Shown here: positions 9,180 through 20,243 of the stretch, one piece after another
Layout: each line of letters starts with the position of its first letter
Position numbering within the stretch: the stretch's first letter is position 1
Source of the DNA: Deltaproteobacteria bacterium
Lineage (GTDB): Bacteria; Desulfobacterota; Deferrimicrobia; Deferrimicrobiales; Deferrimicrobiaceae
DNA: 64,000 bases
Direction of reading: 5' to 3'
Assembly: GCA_020346465.1 (NCBI GenBank)
Contig: CP070783.1
Location: forward strand, 2,189,097 to 2,253,096
The notes under the pieces: model-generated
Told to the model about the DNA's origin: nothing
The model's database searches: none
What the model saw: the letters and a program-made list of their open reading frames with translations, nothing else
Made by a program: the position numbers and the translations under genes

Positions 9180-10480
9180 TCCTAGATATCGGACAGATTA
9201 TCAACCAGCTGGGAAAGGAAAAGGGGATCGACCGGAGCGTCATCATCGGCGCGATCAAGGACGCCCTCGAAAGCGCGGCGAAGAAGAAGTACGGGATGAA
9301 CAAGCGCCTCGAGGCCATATACGACGAAGAGACGGGAGATTTCGAGGTCCTCGAGTTCCGGACGGTCGTAAACGAGGTGAAGGACCAGGAAGTGGAGATC
9401 TCGCTCGCGGAAGCCACGGAACTGGACCCCGAGGCGCGCCTGGAAGACAGCATCGGGTTCCGGATGAGCACGAAGGATCTGGGGCGGATCGCCGCGCAGA
9501 CCGCGCGCCAGATCATCATGCAGAAGGTCAAGGATGCCGAACGGGAAGTCATCTACAACGAGTTCATCACCCGCAAGGGGGAGATCCTCAACGGCATCGT
9601 TCAGCGGTACGAGCGGGACACCATCATCGTCGATCTGGGGAGAACGGAGGCCGTGATGCCCCCTTCGGAGCAGATTCCGAGGGAGCGGTACCGGCAGGGC
9701 GACAGGATCCGGGCCTACATCAAGGACGTTACCAAGACGACTCGCGGCCCGGAGATCCTCCTGTCCCGATCCGACCCGCGGGTGATCCTGAAGCTGTTCG
9801 AGCAGGAAGTCCCCGAAGTCTACGAAGGCGTCGTTTCCATCCTGAGCGTGGCGAGGGAGCCGGGGTTCCGCACCAAGATCGCCGTGAAATCGAAGGAAAG
9901 GGATGTGGACCCCGTGGGCGCATGCGTCGGGATGAAAGGGTCCCGGGTCCAGAGCGTGGTGCAGGAGCTGCGGGGGGAACGGATCGACATCATCGCCTGG
10001 GACGAGGATCCCGCGAAATTCGTGTGCAACGCCCTGCAGCCCGCGGAGATCATCCGGGTCCTGGTGAACGAGTCCGAGAAGACGATGGAGGTCATCGTCC
10101 CCGAGGAACAGCTCCTCCTGGCAATCGGGAAGAGGGGGCAGAACGTGAAACTGGCCTCCAAGCTCGTGGGCTGGAGGATCGAGGTCCGGGCGGAAGGGCA
10201 GGTCGAGGACGCGCTCAAGAGGGCCGAGGAGCTGTTTGCACCGAAGGAATCCGGGGCGGGTGCTCCCGAGGCGGGGGCGGCGCCGGAGCAGACCCCCGGG
10301 GAGGCGGCCGGGGAGGAGACGCCTCCCGTCCCGGACCAGGAAGAGGCGACGGCGGAGACCGACGCTCCCGGGACCACCGGGGACGAGTCGGGAGGGTCTT
10401 CGCCGGCGGAGGGGTCCGCGGACGTCCCGGACGCGGAGGAGATTCCCGAGGAGAAGCCGGGGGATGGCTCCGGGGCGTAG
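9176..10480 (+). CDS. nusA: transcription termination/antitermination factor NusA
   Basis: S1 and KH domains (ILNGIVQRYERDTIIVDLG); ATGA overlap with rimP; acidic C-terminal tail. Confidence 0.9.
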   Translation: MILDIGQIINQLGKEKGIDRSVIIGAIKDALESAAKKKYGMNKRLEAIYDEETGDFEVLEFRTVVNEVKDQEVEISLAEATELDPEARLEDSIGFRMSTKDLGRIAAQTARQIIMQKVKDAEREVIYNEFITRKGEILNGIVQRYERDTIIVDLGRTEAVMPPSEQIPRERYRQGDRIRAYIKDVTKTTRGPEILLSRSDPRVILKLFEQEVPEVYEGVVSILSVAREPGFRTKIAVKSKERDVDPVGACVGMKGSRVQSVVQELRGERIDIIAWDEDPAKFVCNALQPAEIIRVLVNESEKTMEVIVPEEQLLLAIGKRGQNVKLASKLVGWRIEVRAEGQVEDALKRAEELFAPKESGAGAPEAGAAPEQTPGEAAGEETPPVPDQEEATAETDAPGTTGDESGGSSPAEGSADVPDAEEIPEEKPGDGSGA

Positions 10481-10751
10481 GGGTCACCGCCCGCAGCGGA
10501 CATGCGTGCAGTGCAGGGCGAAGGGGGACAAGGACGGGTTCCTCCGGGTCGCGGGGCGACCCGGGAAGGGCTGGGAACCGGATCCCGGGGCCGAACGGTC
10601 CGGACGGGGGTTCTATCTTTGCCGGGACACGGGATGCGTCGAGGGATTCGCGAGGAGCATCCGCACGCCGAAAGGTTCCCGGCGGTTTCGCATGGGCGCG
10701 TCCGCCGCGTCCCTTGCGGAAGCCCTGGAGGAGTGGCGGGAAAGGTCGTGA
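10464..10751 (+). CDS. ylxR: YlxR/RnpM-like DUF448 RNA-binding protein
   Basis: RTCVQCRAKGDKDGFLRV...GRGFYLC motif; in-frame ATG at 10464 with a GAGGAG SD, lying inside the last 17 nt of nusA. Confidence 0.65.
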   Translation: MAPGRRGHRPQRTCVQCRAKGDKDGFLRVAGRPGKGWEPDPGAERSGRGFYLCRDTGCVEGFARSIRTPKGSRRFRMGASAASLAEALEEWRERS

Positions 10752-10850
10752 GCGGCGGGCGCCGTCTCTCAAAGACGTCCGGTGCGGCGCCTTGTCTCCG
10801 CCGGCGATGTGACGCATGATGAAGGAGAAGCAAACCCGCAGGGGGAGTGG

Positions 10851-13319
10851 ATGGAAAAGGTTCGCGTAAGGGATCTCGTCAAGGAACTCGGGATGAAAAG
10901 CAGCAAGGAGATCCTGCTGTTCCTCGAGCGCATCGGGGAGAAGGGGAAGTCGGCGTCGAGCAACATCGAGGGCGACCTGATCGAGAAGGTGAGGGCCCAC
11001 TTCCGGAAGGGAGCGCCGCCTCCGCCGCCTCCCAGGGAAAAGCCGCTCGAGGTGACGCACGCGGACGGGACGATCGAGCGCAAGTCGCGCCGGGTGGTGC
11101 TGCGCCGGAGCGCGCCCGAACCGGAAATCCCGGCCGAACCGCCACCCCCTTCCCCGGAAGAGGTGACCGCGGCGGAGGAGACCGCGGTGCCTTCTGCCGC
11201 CGCCCCGGAAGAGGTCCCCGGAGTTCCTGCGGAACCGCAGGCCCCGGTGCCGGAGGAAGAGAGCGCGGCGGAGCCCGCGATCCGCGTGGTGGAAGCTCCG
11301 CCCCCCTCGAAGGCCGAGGAGGAGCGGAGGGAGAAGGAGAAGAAGTGGAAAAGGACAAAACCCCTTGAGAAGAAGGTCCAGAAGGGGGTGCTGAAGAAGC
11401 ACATCATCCAGGAGATCGTCGAGGAACCCGAGGGTCCGGTCGCCGTCGACGAGAAACCGGCGCCCGAGGCGGCGGTGGTGCGCCACTTCCAGCCGGTGCG
11501 CGTCCAGAAGAGGAGAGGAAGGCCCGCCAGGGAGAAGAAAGCCCCCTCCAGCCTCCCGCCCAAGGCGAGCAAGCGCGTCTTCAAGATCGAGGAAGTCATC
11601 ACCGTCGGGGATCTGGCCCACCGGATGGGAATCAAGGCGGGCGAGGTGATCAAGCGGCTGATCGAGATGGGGATGCCCACCACGGTGAACCAGCTTCTCG
11701 ACGCCGACGCGGCGGGCATCCTTGCCCAGGAGTACGGGTTCGAGGTGGAAAACGTCTCCCCCGAGATGGAGACCCTCATCGACCAGGAGGCCGACAGCGA
11801 GGAGGATCTCGCTCCCCGGCCGCCCGTGGTCACGATCATGGGGCATGTCGATCACGGGAAGACGCTGCTCCTGGACTCGATCCGGGCGAGCAACGTGATC
11901 GACCAGGAGGCGGGAGGGATCACCCAGCACATCGGAGCGTACGAAGTCGAGCACAAAGGGCGGTCCCTCGTCATGCTGGACACGCCCGGGCATGAGGCGT
12001 TCACCTCCATGCGGGCGCGCGGAGCCCAGGTCACCGACATCGTCGTGCTGGTCGTGGCGGCCGACGACGGCGTCATGCCCCAGACGGTGGAGGCGATCGA
12101 CCATGCCAAGGCGGCGAACGTCCCGATCGTCGTCGCGGTGAACAAGATCGACAAGTCCGGGGCGCAGCCGGACCGGATCCGGCAGCAGCTCTCCGAGCAC
12201 GGGCTGATCCCCGAGGAATGGGGCGGCCAGACGCTCTACGCGAACGTCTCCGCGAAGATGAAGACCGGGATCGAGTCCCTTCTCGAGCTCATCCTTCTCC
12301 AGGCGGATATCCTCGAGCTCAGGTCGAATCCCCGGAAGCATGCCCGCGGATCGGTGATCGAGTCCCGGATCGAGAAGGGGCGAGGGGCCGTCGCCACGGT
12401 CCTCGTGCAGGACGGGACTCTGAGGGTCGGGGACCCGGTGGTCACCGGGACGCATTACGGGCGGGTGCGCGCCCTGATCAACCACAAGGGAAAGCGGCTT
12501 GCGGAGGCCCTCCCGGGGACGCCGGTAGAGATCCAGGGGCTCAACGGGATTCCCGAGGCCGGTCTCAAGTTCGCCGTCCTCGAGGACGAGCGGACCGCCC
12601 GCCAGATCGCGATGCACCGTCTGGAAAAGGAGCGGGAGAAAGTCATCGCCCGGCCCCGGTTCAGCCTCGAGGAGCTCCACCGGCGGATCGAGGAAGGCGA
12701 GCTGAAGGAGCTCAACATCATCCTGAAGACGGATGTGCAGGGGTCTCTGGAAGCGCTCCAGTATTCGCTGAACAAGCTCTCCGGGGAGAAGGTCAAGGTG
12801 AACATCATCCACGCGGGAGTCGGCGGGATCTCCGAGTCCGACGTGATGCTCGCCTCGGCCTCCACGGCCGTCATCATCGGGTTCAACGTGCGGCCGGAGG
12901 CGAAGGGAACGGACCTTGCCGAACGGGAGCGTGTCGATGTCCGGCTCTATACGGTCATCTACGACGTGCTGGAAGATATCCGCAAAGCGATGGAAGGGAT
13001 GCTCGAACCCTCCTTCCGGGAGATGGCGGTGGGGCGCGCGGAGGTGCGGAACATCTTCCACATCTCCCGGCTGGGCACCGTGGCGGGGTGCTATGTCCTC
13101 TCCGGCAAGATCCTCCGGAATGCGACCGTCAGGCTGGTGCGCGACAGCGTGGTCGTCCATGAGGGAAAGCTCGCCTCGCTGAAACGGTTCAAGGACGACG
13201 TCCGCGAGGTGGCCGAGGGATACGAGTGCGGCCTCGGGCTGGAAAACTACAACGACATCAAGGTGGGCGACCAGATCGAGGCGTTCGTGATGGAGAAGGT
13301 TGCCGAGACCCTTTCGTAG
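10851..13319 (+). CDS. infB: translation initiation factor IF-2
   Basis: G domain ([23 protein letters not shown]) and a long charged N-terminal region; ATG behind a GGGGGAG SD. Confidence 0.9.
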   Translation: MEKVRVRDLVKELGMKSSKEILLFLERIGEKGKSASSNIEGDLIEKVRAHFRKGAPPPPPPREKPLEVTHADGTIERKSRRVVLRRSAPEPEIPAEPPPPSPEEVTAAEETAVPSAAAPEEVPGVPAEPQAPVPEEESAAEPAIRVVEAPPPSKAEEERREKEKKWKRTKPLEKKVQKGVLKKHIIQEIVEEPEGPVAVDEKPAPEAAVVRHFQPVRVQKRRGRPAREKKAPSSLPPKASKRVFKIEEVITVGDLAHRMGIKAGEVIKRLIEMGMPTTVNQLLDADAAGILAQEYGFEVENVSPEMETLIDQEADSEEDLAPRPPVVTIMGHVDHGKTLLLDSIRASNVIDQEAGGITQHIGAYEVEHKGRSLVMLDTPGHEAFTSMRARGAQVTDIVVLVVAADDGVMPQTVEAIDHAKAANVPIVVAVNKIDKSGAQPDRIRQQLSEHGLIPEEWGGQTLYANVSAKMKTGIESLLELILLQADILELRSNPRKHARGSVIESRIEKGRGAVATVLVQDGTLRVGDPVVTGTHYGRVRALINHKGKRLAEALPGTPVEIQGLNGIPEAGLKFAVLEDERTARQIAMHRLEKEREKVIARPRFSLEELHRRIEEGELKELNIILKTDVQGSLEALQYSLNKLSGEKVKVNIIHAGVGGISESDVMLASASTAVIIGFNVRPEAKGTDLAERERVDVRLYTVIYDVLEDIRKAMEGMLEPSFREMAVGRAEVRNIFHISRLGTVAGCYVLSGKILRNATVRLVRDSVVVHEGKLASLKRFKDDVREVAEGYECGLGLENYNDIKVGDQIEAFVMEKVAETLS

Positions 13320-13349
13320 ACGACTGCCGTGGGGCGGGGCGGCGGAGGC

Positions 13350-13652
13350 ATGCTGGTCGCGGTGCTGGTGGCCGACCTCGTTTTTCCCGAGTCCGAATCC
13401 CTCAAGGACAAGCGAAGGCGGCTGAGCGGGCTGACGGGACGGATCCGGGCGGGGTTCCCGGTCTCCGTGGCCGAGGTCGGACTCCAGGACCTGAGGCAGC
13501 GGGGAAGGATCGGGGTCGCCCTCGTGTCGACGGACTCCCGCCTGGCACGGTCGATCCTGGACCGGATCACCGACATGGTCGGAAGAGACGGCGAAATCGA
13601 GATGACCGGGCGCCGGATCGAGATCCTCCACATGGATGACGAGGAAGCATGA
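13350..13652 (+). CDS. DUF503 (YlxP-like) protein
   Basis: MLVAVLVADLVFPESESLKDKRR aligns with the B. subtilis YlxP N-terminus; sits between infB and rbfA as in many bacteria; start could instead be the GTG at 13329. Confidence 0.65.
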   Translation: MLVAVLVADLVFPESESLKDKRRRLSGLTGRIRAGFPVSVAEVGLQDLRQRGRIGVALVSTDSRLARSILDRITDMVGRDGEIEMTGRRIEILHMDDEEA

Positions 13653-14014
13653 AAGGACGCGGAGACCGTCCGGCACGCGTGGCGGAGAGGATCCGGGAAG
13701 AGATCTCCCTGATCCTCCTGCGCAGGGTGAAGGACCCCGGCCTGGACGGGGTCACGGTCACCGACGTCACCATGACCGGCGACCTGAAGATCGCACGGGT
13801 CCACTACTCCGTTCGGGGGGGGGAAGAGGAGCGCATCGCGGCCCGGGACGCGCTCCGCCGTTCCCGGGGGTACATCCGGAAAGAGCTTGGCGGAGCCCTC
13901 CGGATGCGGTACTCCCCCGACGTGACCTTCCACTACGATACCTCCTTCGAGAAAGGGATCCGGATCGACGCCCTTCTGCGGAGGGCTGCGGAGGAGAGAT
14001 CCGGTGAGGAATGA
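13649..14014 (+). CDS. rbfA: ribosome-binding factor A
   Basis: RVAERIREEISLIL...DPGL typical of RbfA; ATGA overlap with the upstream gene. Confidence 0.85.
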   Translation: MKGRGDRPARVAERIREEISLILLRRVKDPGLDGVTVTDVTMTGDLKIARVHYSVRGGEEERIAARDALRRSRGYIRKELGGALRMRYSPDVTFHYDTSFEKGIRIDALLRRAAEERSGEE

Positions 14015-14966
14015 CCTGGGGGCGATCTGCCGCCTCTTCCGGGAGAAGGACCGGTTCCTGATCGCGTGCCACGAGAACCCGGAGGGCGACGCCATCGGGT
14101 CGGAACTGGCGCTTGCCCTTGCCCTCCGGAAGATGGGAAAGACGGCGACGGTCGTGAACTCGGACCCCGTGCCGGGGAACCTGGCGTTCCTTCCGGCCGC
14201 CGACACGGTCGTGCCGGATGCGGAGGGATCGGCCCACGACGTGGCCGTCGTCGTCGACTGCGGGTCCCTCGAGCGGACCGGTCGGGTCCAGACCGAGCTG
14301 CGGAAGTGTCCGATCCTGGTGAACATCGATCATCATTCCACCAACGACGCGCAGGGGGAGTACTGCCTGATCGACCCCGAAGCCGCGGCGACCGGGGTCC
14401 TGGTTCACCGCATCCTCGTCGCTCTCGGGGTCGGGATCGACCGGGACATCGCGGCGAACATCTACGTGGCGATCCTGACGGACACCGGCTCCTTCCGCTA
14501 CTCGAACGCATCCCCGGAAGCGTTTTCCATCGCCGGCGAAATGGTGGGGATCGGCGTCGACCCCTGGGAGGTGGCGGAAAAGGTCTACGAGACCCAGACC
14601 GCGGGGAAGCTCGGACTGCTCGGGCGGGTCCTCGGATCCCTGGAACTCGCGGCGGGGGGCAGGGTTGCCGTGGTCACGACGAGAAAGAAGGACCTCCGCG
14701 ATTTTTCCGCGACGAAGGACCACCTCGAGGGGTTCATCAATTATCCCCGCTCCATCGCCGGCGTGGAAGTCGCCGTGGCGTTCCGGGAGGAGGGGGAAGG
14801 GGAGTTCCGCGTGAGCTTTCGCTCCAAGGGAAAGGTCGATGTGTCCGCCGTTGCCGCCTCGCTCGGCGGTGGAGGGCACCGGAACGCCGCGGGGTGTACC
14901 GTCCAGGGGTCGCTGGACGAGGTCAAGAACCGGGTCTTCGGCTTGCTGGAAGCCTCCCTTCCGTGA
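14004..14966 (+). CDS. nrnA: bifunctional oligoribonuclease / pAp phosphatase NrnA (DHH-DHHA1)
   Basis: DHH (NIDHHSTN) and DHHA1 (GGGGH) motifs in a ~320-aa protein; GTG start. Confidence 0.8.
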   Translation: MRNDLGAICRLFREKDRFLIACHENPEGDAIGSELALALALRKMGKTATVVNSDPVPGNLAFLPAADTVVPDAEGSAHDVAVVVDCGSLERTGRVQTELRKCPILVNIDHHSTNDAQGEYCLIDPEAAATGVLVHRILVALGVGIDRDIAANIYVAILTDTGSFRYSNASPEAFSIAGEMVGIGVDPWEVAEKVYETQTAGKLGLLGRVLGSLELAAGGRVAVVTTRKKDLRDFSATKDHLEGFINYPRSIAGVEVAVAFREEGEGEFRVSFRSKGKVDVSAVAASLGGGGHRNAAGCTVQGSLDEVKNRVFGLLEASLP

Positions 14967-15859
14967 ACCCGGCCGACGGCGTGATCGTCCTGGACAAGCC
15001 GGCCGGGATCACCTCCTTCCAGGCCGTGGAGCGCGTGGGGCGCCTGTTCCGGGGAAGAAAGTGCGGCCATGCGGGAACCCTCGACCCGCTCGCCACCGGC
15101 GTGCTTCCCGTCTGCGTGGGCAGGGCCACCAAGATCGCGGGATATCTCGCCGCCCAGGAGAAGGAGTACGACGTCTTCTTCCGGTTCGGGGTCGAAACGG
15201 ACACCGGCGACTCCACGGGGAGGGAAATCGGCGGCACCCCGGGGAAGGTCGCGGAGGAGGACGCCGTGAAAACCGCGGTCGCCGGCATCGTGGGAGAGTG
15301 GGAGCAGATCCCCCCTGCCTATTCGGCGATCAAGGTGGCCGGGACCCGTGCGTACACGCTCGCGCGGCAGGGGAAGAAGGTCACGCTCGCGGGAAGGAAG
15401 GTGACCGTGCACGAGGCCAGGGTCCTCTCGTGGTCGCAGGAAGGATTCCGGGCGTTCCTCCGTTGCTCGAAAGGGTTCTACGTGCGGGCCCTGTGCAGGG
15501 ACCTGGGGATCGTCCTCGGGGTTTCGATGACCGTCTCTGCTCTCCGCCGCCTGAAGAGCGGCCCCTTCCGGATCGAGGACTCGATCACGCTTGCGGACCT
15601 CGTGGCAGCCGGAAAGCGGGGGGAGGCGCGCGCCTCTCTGGTTCCGATCGGAAGCGCCCTTGCCGGGTTTCCCCGGCGGGAGATCCCGGCCGAGGCGGCG
15701 TCGGCCGTCCGCCAGGGAAGATCGCCCGCCCCCTGGCTCGAAGGGGAAGAAGAGGGGCAGGAGGAGGGTGTCGTGGTCCTCACGTCCGGGGAGGAAGGCC
15801 CTGTCGCGCTGGTGGAGCGTGTGGCCCCCGGAACCTGGAAAATCCTGCGGGGCATATGA
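14963..15859 (+). CDS. truB: tRNA pseudouridine(55) synthase
   Basis: GVIVLDKPAGITS...HAGTLDPLATGVLPVCVG catalytic motif; GTG start overlaps the nrnA stop. Confidence 0.85.
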   Translation: MNPADGVIVLDKPAGITSFQAVERVGRLFRGRKCGHAGTLDPLATGVLPVCVGRATKIAGYLAAQEKEYDVFFRFGVETDTGDSTGREIGGTPGKVAEEDAVKTAVAGIVGEWEQIPPAYSAIKVAGTRAYTLARQGKKVTLAGRKVTVHEARVLSWSQEGFRAFLRCSKGFYVRALCRDLGIVLGVSMTVSALRRLKSGPFRIEDSITLADLVAAGKRGEARASLVPIGSALAGFPRREIPAEAASAVRQGRSPAPWLEGEEEGQEEGVVVLTSGEEGPVALVERVAPGTWKILRGI

Positions 15860-15860
15860 A

Positions 15861-15889
15861 TTTACTTCCCCCGGGGGATGTGGTATAAA
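15861..15889 (+). promoter_or_regulatory. putative sigma70 promoter for rpsO (extended -10)
   Basis: TTTACT (-35), 17-nt spacer, TGGTATAAA extended -10 about 60 nt upstream of the rpsO ATG. Confidence 0.4.
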
Positions 15890-15951
15890 ATAGAAAAATC
15901 AATGCCAAATCAGGGTTCCGGGAACATGGAAAAAGAGAGGGAAGGGGAGAA

Positions 15952-16221
15952 ATGAGCGTAGTGACGGAGAAGAAAAAGGACGTCATCGGTAAATTCCGCC
16001 TGCACGGGTCGGACACCGGCTCACCCGAAGTGCAGATTGCGCTCCTCACGGAGCGGATCAACATGATCACGGACCACCTGAAGACGCACTCCAAGGATTT
16101 CAATTCGCGTCGGGGATTGCTGAAGCTGGTCGGGCAGAGGAGGCGTCTGCTCGACTACCTGAAGTCGAAGGAGTCGATCCGGTACAAAGCTGTTGTGGAA
16201 GCGCTCGGCCTGCGCAAGTAG
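15952..16221 (+). CDS. rpsO: 30S ribosomal protein S15
   Basis: 89-aa protein with an unmistakable S15 sequence ([14 protein letters not shown]...HLKTHSKD). Confidence 0.95.
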   Translation: MSVVTEKKKDVIGKFRLHGSDTGSPEVQIALLTERINMITDHLKTHSKDFNSRRGLLKLVGQRRRLLDYLKSKESIRYKAVVEALGLRK

Positions 16222-16284
16222 TCAGGGAATCCTATCCACAAGAATCCGCTCCGCGGGGAGCCCTCAGGAAGGACATAACGACAA

Positions 16285-18510
16285 GTGGGAAACGTGTACG
16301 AAACGGAACTTTCAGGTAGAACATTGTTGATTGAAACCGGCGAGTTAGCCAAGCAGGCGGGCGGGTCGGCCGTTGTTACGTACGGAGAGTCCGTGGTCCT
16401 GGTGACCGCATGCGCCTCCGAAACGCCGCGCCCCGGCATCGACTTCCTCCCGCTTGTCGTGGATTACGTGGAGAAGACGTTCGCCGTCGGGAAGATCCCC
16501 GGCGGCTTCTTCAAGAGAGAAGGGCGCCTGTCCGAGTTCGAGATCCTCACCTCCCGGATGATCGACCGTCCGATCCGGCCCCTGTTCCCGAAAGGGTTCT
16601 ACAACGAGATCCAGGTCATCGCCACGGTCCTCTCGGCCGACAAGGAAAACGACACCGCGGTGCTTGCCATGATCGGGGCCTCCGCGGCCCTTTCCCTCTC
16701 CGAGATTCCCTTCGAGGGGCCCATTGCGGGTGCCCGGGTCGGGAGGATCGACGGGGAACTCGTCCTCAACCCGCGGATTCCCGACCTGGCGCGCAGCGAC
16801 CTCAACATCTTCGTTGCCGGCAGCAGGGACGCGATCCTGATGGTGGAAGGGGAGGCCTCGGAGGTGTCCGAAGAGGAGGTTCTTGACGCGATCCTCTTCG
16901 CGCACCGATCTCTGGCGCCCGTCCTGGAGCTCCAGGAGACGATGGCCCGCGAGCGGGGAAAGCCGAAGCTGGCCTTCGAGAAGAAGGTTCTCGGCGAGGA
17001 GGATCTGCGCAGGATCGCGGAGGTGGCGGAGCGGGACCTCGCGGCGGCCTACGGGATCCTGGGCAAGCAGGAGCGGCGCAAGCGGATCGAGGAGATCGCC
17101 GAGGCGGCACGCAACGTGTTCTCCGAGGAGGAGCGCCTCGAGAAAGCGAACCTCATCGCGGGAGCCTTCCGGGACATCGAGAAGAAGATCGTCCGCGGGA
17201 AGATCCTCTCCGAGAGGCGCCGGATCGACGGGCGCGGCCTCGAGGATGTCCGGTCCATCACCAGCCAGGTCCGGGTGCTCCCGCGCACCCACGGGTCCGC
17301 CATCTTCACGCGCGGGGAGACGCAGGTTCTCGTCACCTCGACGCTGGGAACCTCCCAGGACGAGCAGCGGATCGACTCCATTCTCGGCGATTCCACGAAG
17401 GCCTTCATGCTCCACTACAACTTCCCCCCCTTCAGCGTGGGCGAGGTGAAGATGCTCCGCGCACCGGCGCGCCGCGAGGTCGGACATGGGGCGCTCGCCG
17501 AAAGGGCGGTGTCGAAGGTTCTCCCCGACGAGCTCGAATTTCCCTACACCATCCGCATCGTGTCCGAGGTGCTCGAGTCCAACGGCTCCTCGTCGATGGC
17601 GACCGTGTGCGGGGCGTCCCTTTCGCTGATGGACGCGGGGGTCCCCACGAAGGGGAGCGTCTCCGGGATCGCCATGGGACTGATCAAGGAGGGGGACCGG
17701 GTCGCCGTTCTCTCCGACATTCTCGGGGACGAGGACCACCTCGGGGACATGGACTTCAAGGTGGCCGGGACCGCAAAAGGGGTCACGGCGATCCAGATGG
17801 ACATCAAGATCGGGGGCGTGAGCCGGGAAATCATGCTGTCGGCCCTTCGCCAGGCCCGGGAAGGGCGCCTCTTCATTCTCGACAGGATGAACGCCGTCCT
17901 CGACAAACCACGCCCCGAGCTTTCCCCGTACGCGCCGCGCATCTACGTGATGAACGTCAAGCCCGACAAGATCCGGGAGATCATCGGACCGGGAGGGAAG
18001 GTGATCCGCGGCATCCAGGAGCAGACCGGGGTCAAGATCGACATCGAGGACGACGGGACCGTGAAGATCGCCGCCGTGGACGCGGAGTCCGCGAAGGCGG
18101 CCATCACCATCATCGAGGGGATCGTGCAGGTGGCCGAGGTCGGGAAGGTCTACGAGGGAAAAGTGCGGCGCATCATGGAGTTCGGCGCCTTCGTGGAGCT
18201 CTTCCCCGGCACCGACGGGCTCCTTCACATCTCCCAGATCAGCAAGAACCGGGTCCGTGCCGTGTCCGACATCTACAAAGAGGGCGACGAGGTGACGGTG
18301 CGGGTCCTCGAGATCGACCGGGACGGGAAGATCCGCCTGACGCACAAGGAGTTCGAGAAGGAAGGGGAGAACCCCGTCACGGAGGCCGCCGATGACGCCG
18401 GCCCGGCCGGCCGGGAGAGCGGCGCGAGACGCCCGGAGAAGCGGACCGGCGGAGGGGAACGCGGGGATCGCGACCGGGAGCGTGGAGGCCGGAGGCAGGG
18501 GAGGCGGTAG
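16285..18510 (+). CDS. pnp: polyribonucleotide nucleotidyltransferase (PNPase)
   Basis: Two RNase PH domains plus KH and S1; classic rpsO-pnp arrangement. Confidence 0.95.
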   Translation: MGNVYETELSGRTLLIETGELAKQAGGSAVVTYGESVVLVTACASETPRPGIDFLPLVVDYVEKTFAVGKIPGGFFKREGRLSEFEILTSRMIDRPIRPLFPKGFYNEIQVIATVLSADKENDTAVLAMIGASAALSLSEIPFEGPIAGARVGRIDGELVLNPRIPDLARSDLNIFVAGSRDAILMVEGEASEVSEEEVLDAILFAHRSLAPVLELQETMARERGKPKLAFEKKVLGEEDLRRIAEVAERDLAAAYGILGKQERRKRIEEIAEAARNVFSEEERLEKANLIAGAFRDIEKKIVRGKILSERRRIDGRGLEDVRSITSQVRVLPRTHGSAIFTRGETQVLVTSTLGTSQDEQRIDSILGDSTKAFMLHYNFPPFSVGEVKMLRAPARREVGHGALAERAVSKVLPDELEFPYTIRIVSEVLESNGSSSMATVCGASLSLMDAGVPTKGSVSGIAMGLIKEGDRVAVLSDILGDEDHLGDMDFKVAGTAKGVTAIQMDIKIGGVSREIMLSALRQAREGRLFILDRMNAVLDKPRPELSPYAPRIYVMNVKPDKIREIIGPGGKVIRGIQEQTGVKIDIEDDGTVKIAAVDAESAKAAITIIEGIVQVAEVGKVYEGKVRRIMEFGAFVELFPGTDGLLHISQISKNRVRAVSDIYKEGDEVTVRVLEIDRDGKIRLTHKEFEKEGENPVTEAADDAGPAGRESGARRPEKRTGGGERGDRDRERGGRRQGRR

Positions 18511-18530
18511 GTGCCGGCGGGCGCGATGTC

Positions 18531-19778
18531 ATGACGGTCGCGAAGACGGTCCTCGGAAACGGCGTTACCATCCTCAGCGAGAACGTCCCGCATCTCCGCT
18601 CCGCCACCGTGGGGGTCTGGATCTCCGTGGGCTCCCGGGCCGAATCCCCCCCCGACAACGGGATCGGCCATTTCATCGAGCACATGCTGTTCAAGGGGAC
18701 TGCGCGTCGCAGGGCCCTCGACATCTCCCGGGAGATCGAATCCGTCGGCGGGACCATGAACGCCTATACCGATCGGGAGTACATCTTCTTCTTCGGGAAG
18801 GTCCTGACGAAGGATTTCCCCCTGGTCGCCGACCTCCTTTCCGACATCTATCTGAATTCCCTGTTCGACGGCCAGGAGCTTGACCGGGAGAAGGGCGTCG
18901 TCCTCCAGGAGATCTTCATGGTCGAGGACAGCCCCGAGGAGCTTCTGCACGACTTCTTCCACGAGTCCTACTGGGGGGGGCACCCGCTGGGACTGCCGAT
19001 CCAGGGGACGTCCGGAAACATTGCCGCATTCACGAGGGAGCGCGTCACGGAATATTTCCGGGACCGGTTCTGGCGGCGCGGGGTGGTCATTTCCGTCGTG
19101 GGGAACGTGCCCCACGAGCGCGTCGTGGCCGAGTTCGAACGGGCGATCGGATTCCTGGATCTCGGGGAGCGCCATGTCCCCGAGCCTCCTCCGGTCCCGC
19201 AGCGCGGGGTGTTCCTCCGGAAGAGGCCGATCGAGCAGGTCCACCTGTGCCTGGGCGCCCCCGGGGTCTCCCGGGTGGACGGGCGGAAGTACGAAGCGCA
19301 CGTTCTCAACGCCGTCCTGGGCGGCAGCATGAGCAGCCGGCTCTTCCAGGAGATCCGGGAGAAGCGGGGCCTTGCCTATTCCGTCTTCTCCTCCCTCTCC
19401 GCCTACGCCGACACGGGGATCCTGAAGATCTGCGCGGGCACGACCCCCGACAAGGCCGGGGACGTGCTGGCGGTGACCGGCGAGATCCTCTCGGATCTCG
19501 CGGCGGGCCGGTTCGGCGAGGAGGAGGTTGTCCTGGCCAAGGAGCTGATCAAGGGAAGCATCCTCCTGAGCATGGAGGACGCCGCGTTCCGGATGACCAG
19601 ACTGGCGGTCGGCGAGATGTTCCTCGGCCGGTACGAGGGGGTCGAGGAGGAGATCGGGGGGGTGGACGGGGTGACCCCGGACAAAGTGAGGGAGCTCGCC
19701 GCCACCATGCTCCGACGGGAGCATTTTTCGCTTGCCGCGGTAGGCGACCTGGCGGACGCGTCCGCCCTTTCCTTCTGA
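18531..19778 (+). CDS. M16-family zinc peptidase (insulinase-like)
   Basis: HxxEH inverted zinc motif (HFIEHMLFKGT); 415 aa; the common pnp-downstream peptidase. Confidence 0.8.
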   Translation: MTVAKTVLGNGVTILSENVPHLRSATVGVWISVGSRAESPPDNGIGHFIEHMLFKGTARRRALDISREIESVGGTMNAYTDREYIFFFGKVLTKDFPLVADLLSDIYLNSLFDGQELDREKGVVLQEIFMVEDSPEELLHDFFHESYWGGHPLGLPIQGTSGNIAAFTRERVTEYFRDRFWRRGVVISVVGNVPHERVVAEFERAIGFLDLGERHVPEPPPVPQRGVFLRKRPIEQVHLCLGAPGVSRVDGRKYEAHVLNAVLGGSMSSRLFQEIREKRGLAYSVFSSLSAYADTGILKICAGTTPDKAGDVLAVTGEILSDLAAGRFGEEEVVLAKELIKGSILLSMEDAAFRMTRLAVGEMFLGRYEGVEEEIGGVDGVTPDKVRELAATMLRREHFSLAAVGDLADASALSF

Positions 19779-19781
19779 CGG

Positions 19782-20231
19782 ATGGCGGCCTCCCTGTCAA
19801 TCCCCGTCTGTTTCGTTCGAGAGAGCGGCAGGGACCTGCTGCCCGCCTATCAGACGGAGGGCGCCTCGGGGATGGATCTGCGGGCCGACATCGAGGGGGA
19901 GCTGGTCATCCCCTCCCTGGGCCGGGCGCTCGTCCCGACCGGGATTTCGGTGGCGCTTCCCCCCGGGGTGGAGGGGCAGGTGCGTCCCCGGAGCGGGCTG
20001 GCGGCCCGGCACGGCGTGACATGCCTGAACTCGCCCGGGACCATCGACTCCGATTACCGGGGCGAGATCCGCGTGATCCTGGTCAATCTGGGCGCCGAGC
20101 CGTTTTCCGTCGGACGCGGCGACCGGATCGCGCAGCTCGTCTTCACCCCCGTCGCCCGGGCGACATGGCGGGAGGTGGAGACCCTCGATCCGACTCCTCG
20201 GGGCGAGGGGGGATTCGGGCATACCGGATAG
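19782..20231 (+). CDS. dut: dUTP diphosphatase
   Basis: dUTPase motifs ([16 protein letters not shown]). Confidence 0.9.
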   Translation: MAASLSIPVCFVRESGRDLLPAYQTEGASGMDLRADIEGELVIPSLGRALVPTGISVALPPGVEGQVRPRSGLAARHGVTCLNSPGTIDSDYRGEIRVILVNLGAEPFSVGRGDRIAQLVFTPVARATWREVETLDPTPRGEGGFGHTG

Positions 20232-20243
20232 GGGAGGGGTGAC

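Noticed and set aside
10215-13676. 1153-aa ORF on the minus strand antisense to infB. Similar giant antisense ORFs: 32955..36302 (1115 aa), 57582..60563 (993 aa), 39011..41017, 41352..43451, 45795..47459, 49340..52030
   Set aside because: Arg/Pro/Gly-rich low-complexity translations with no start context, lying exactly opposite well-supported genes. These are the typical stop-codon-poor antisense frames of 67% GC DNA.
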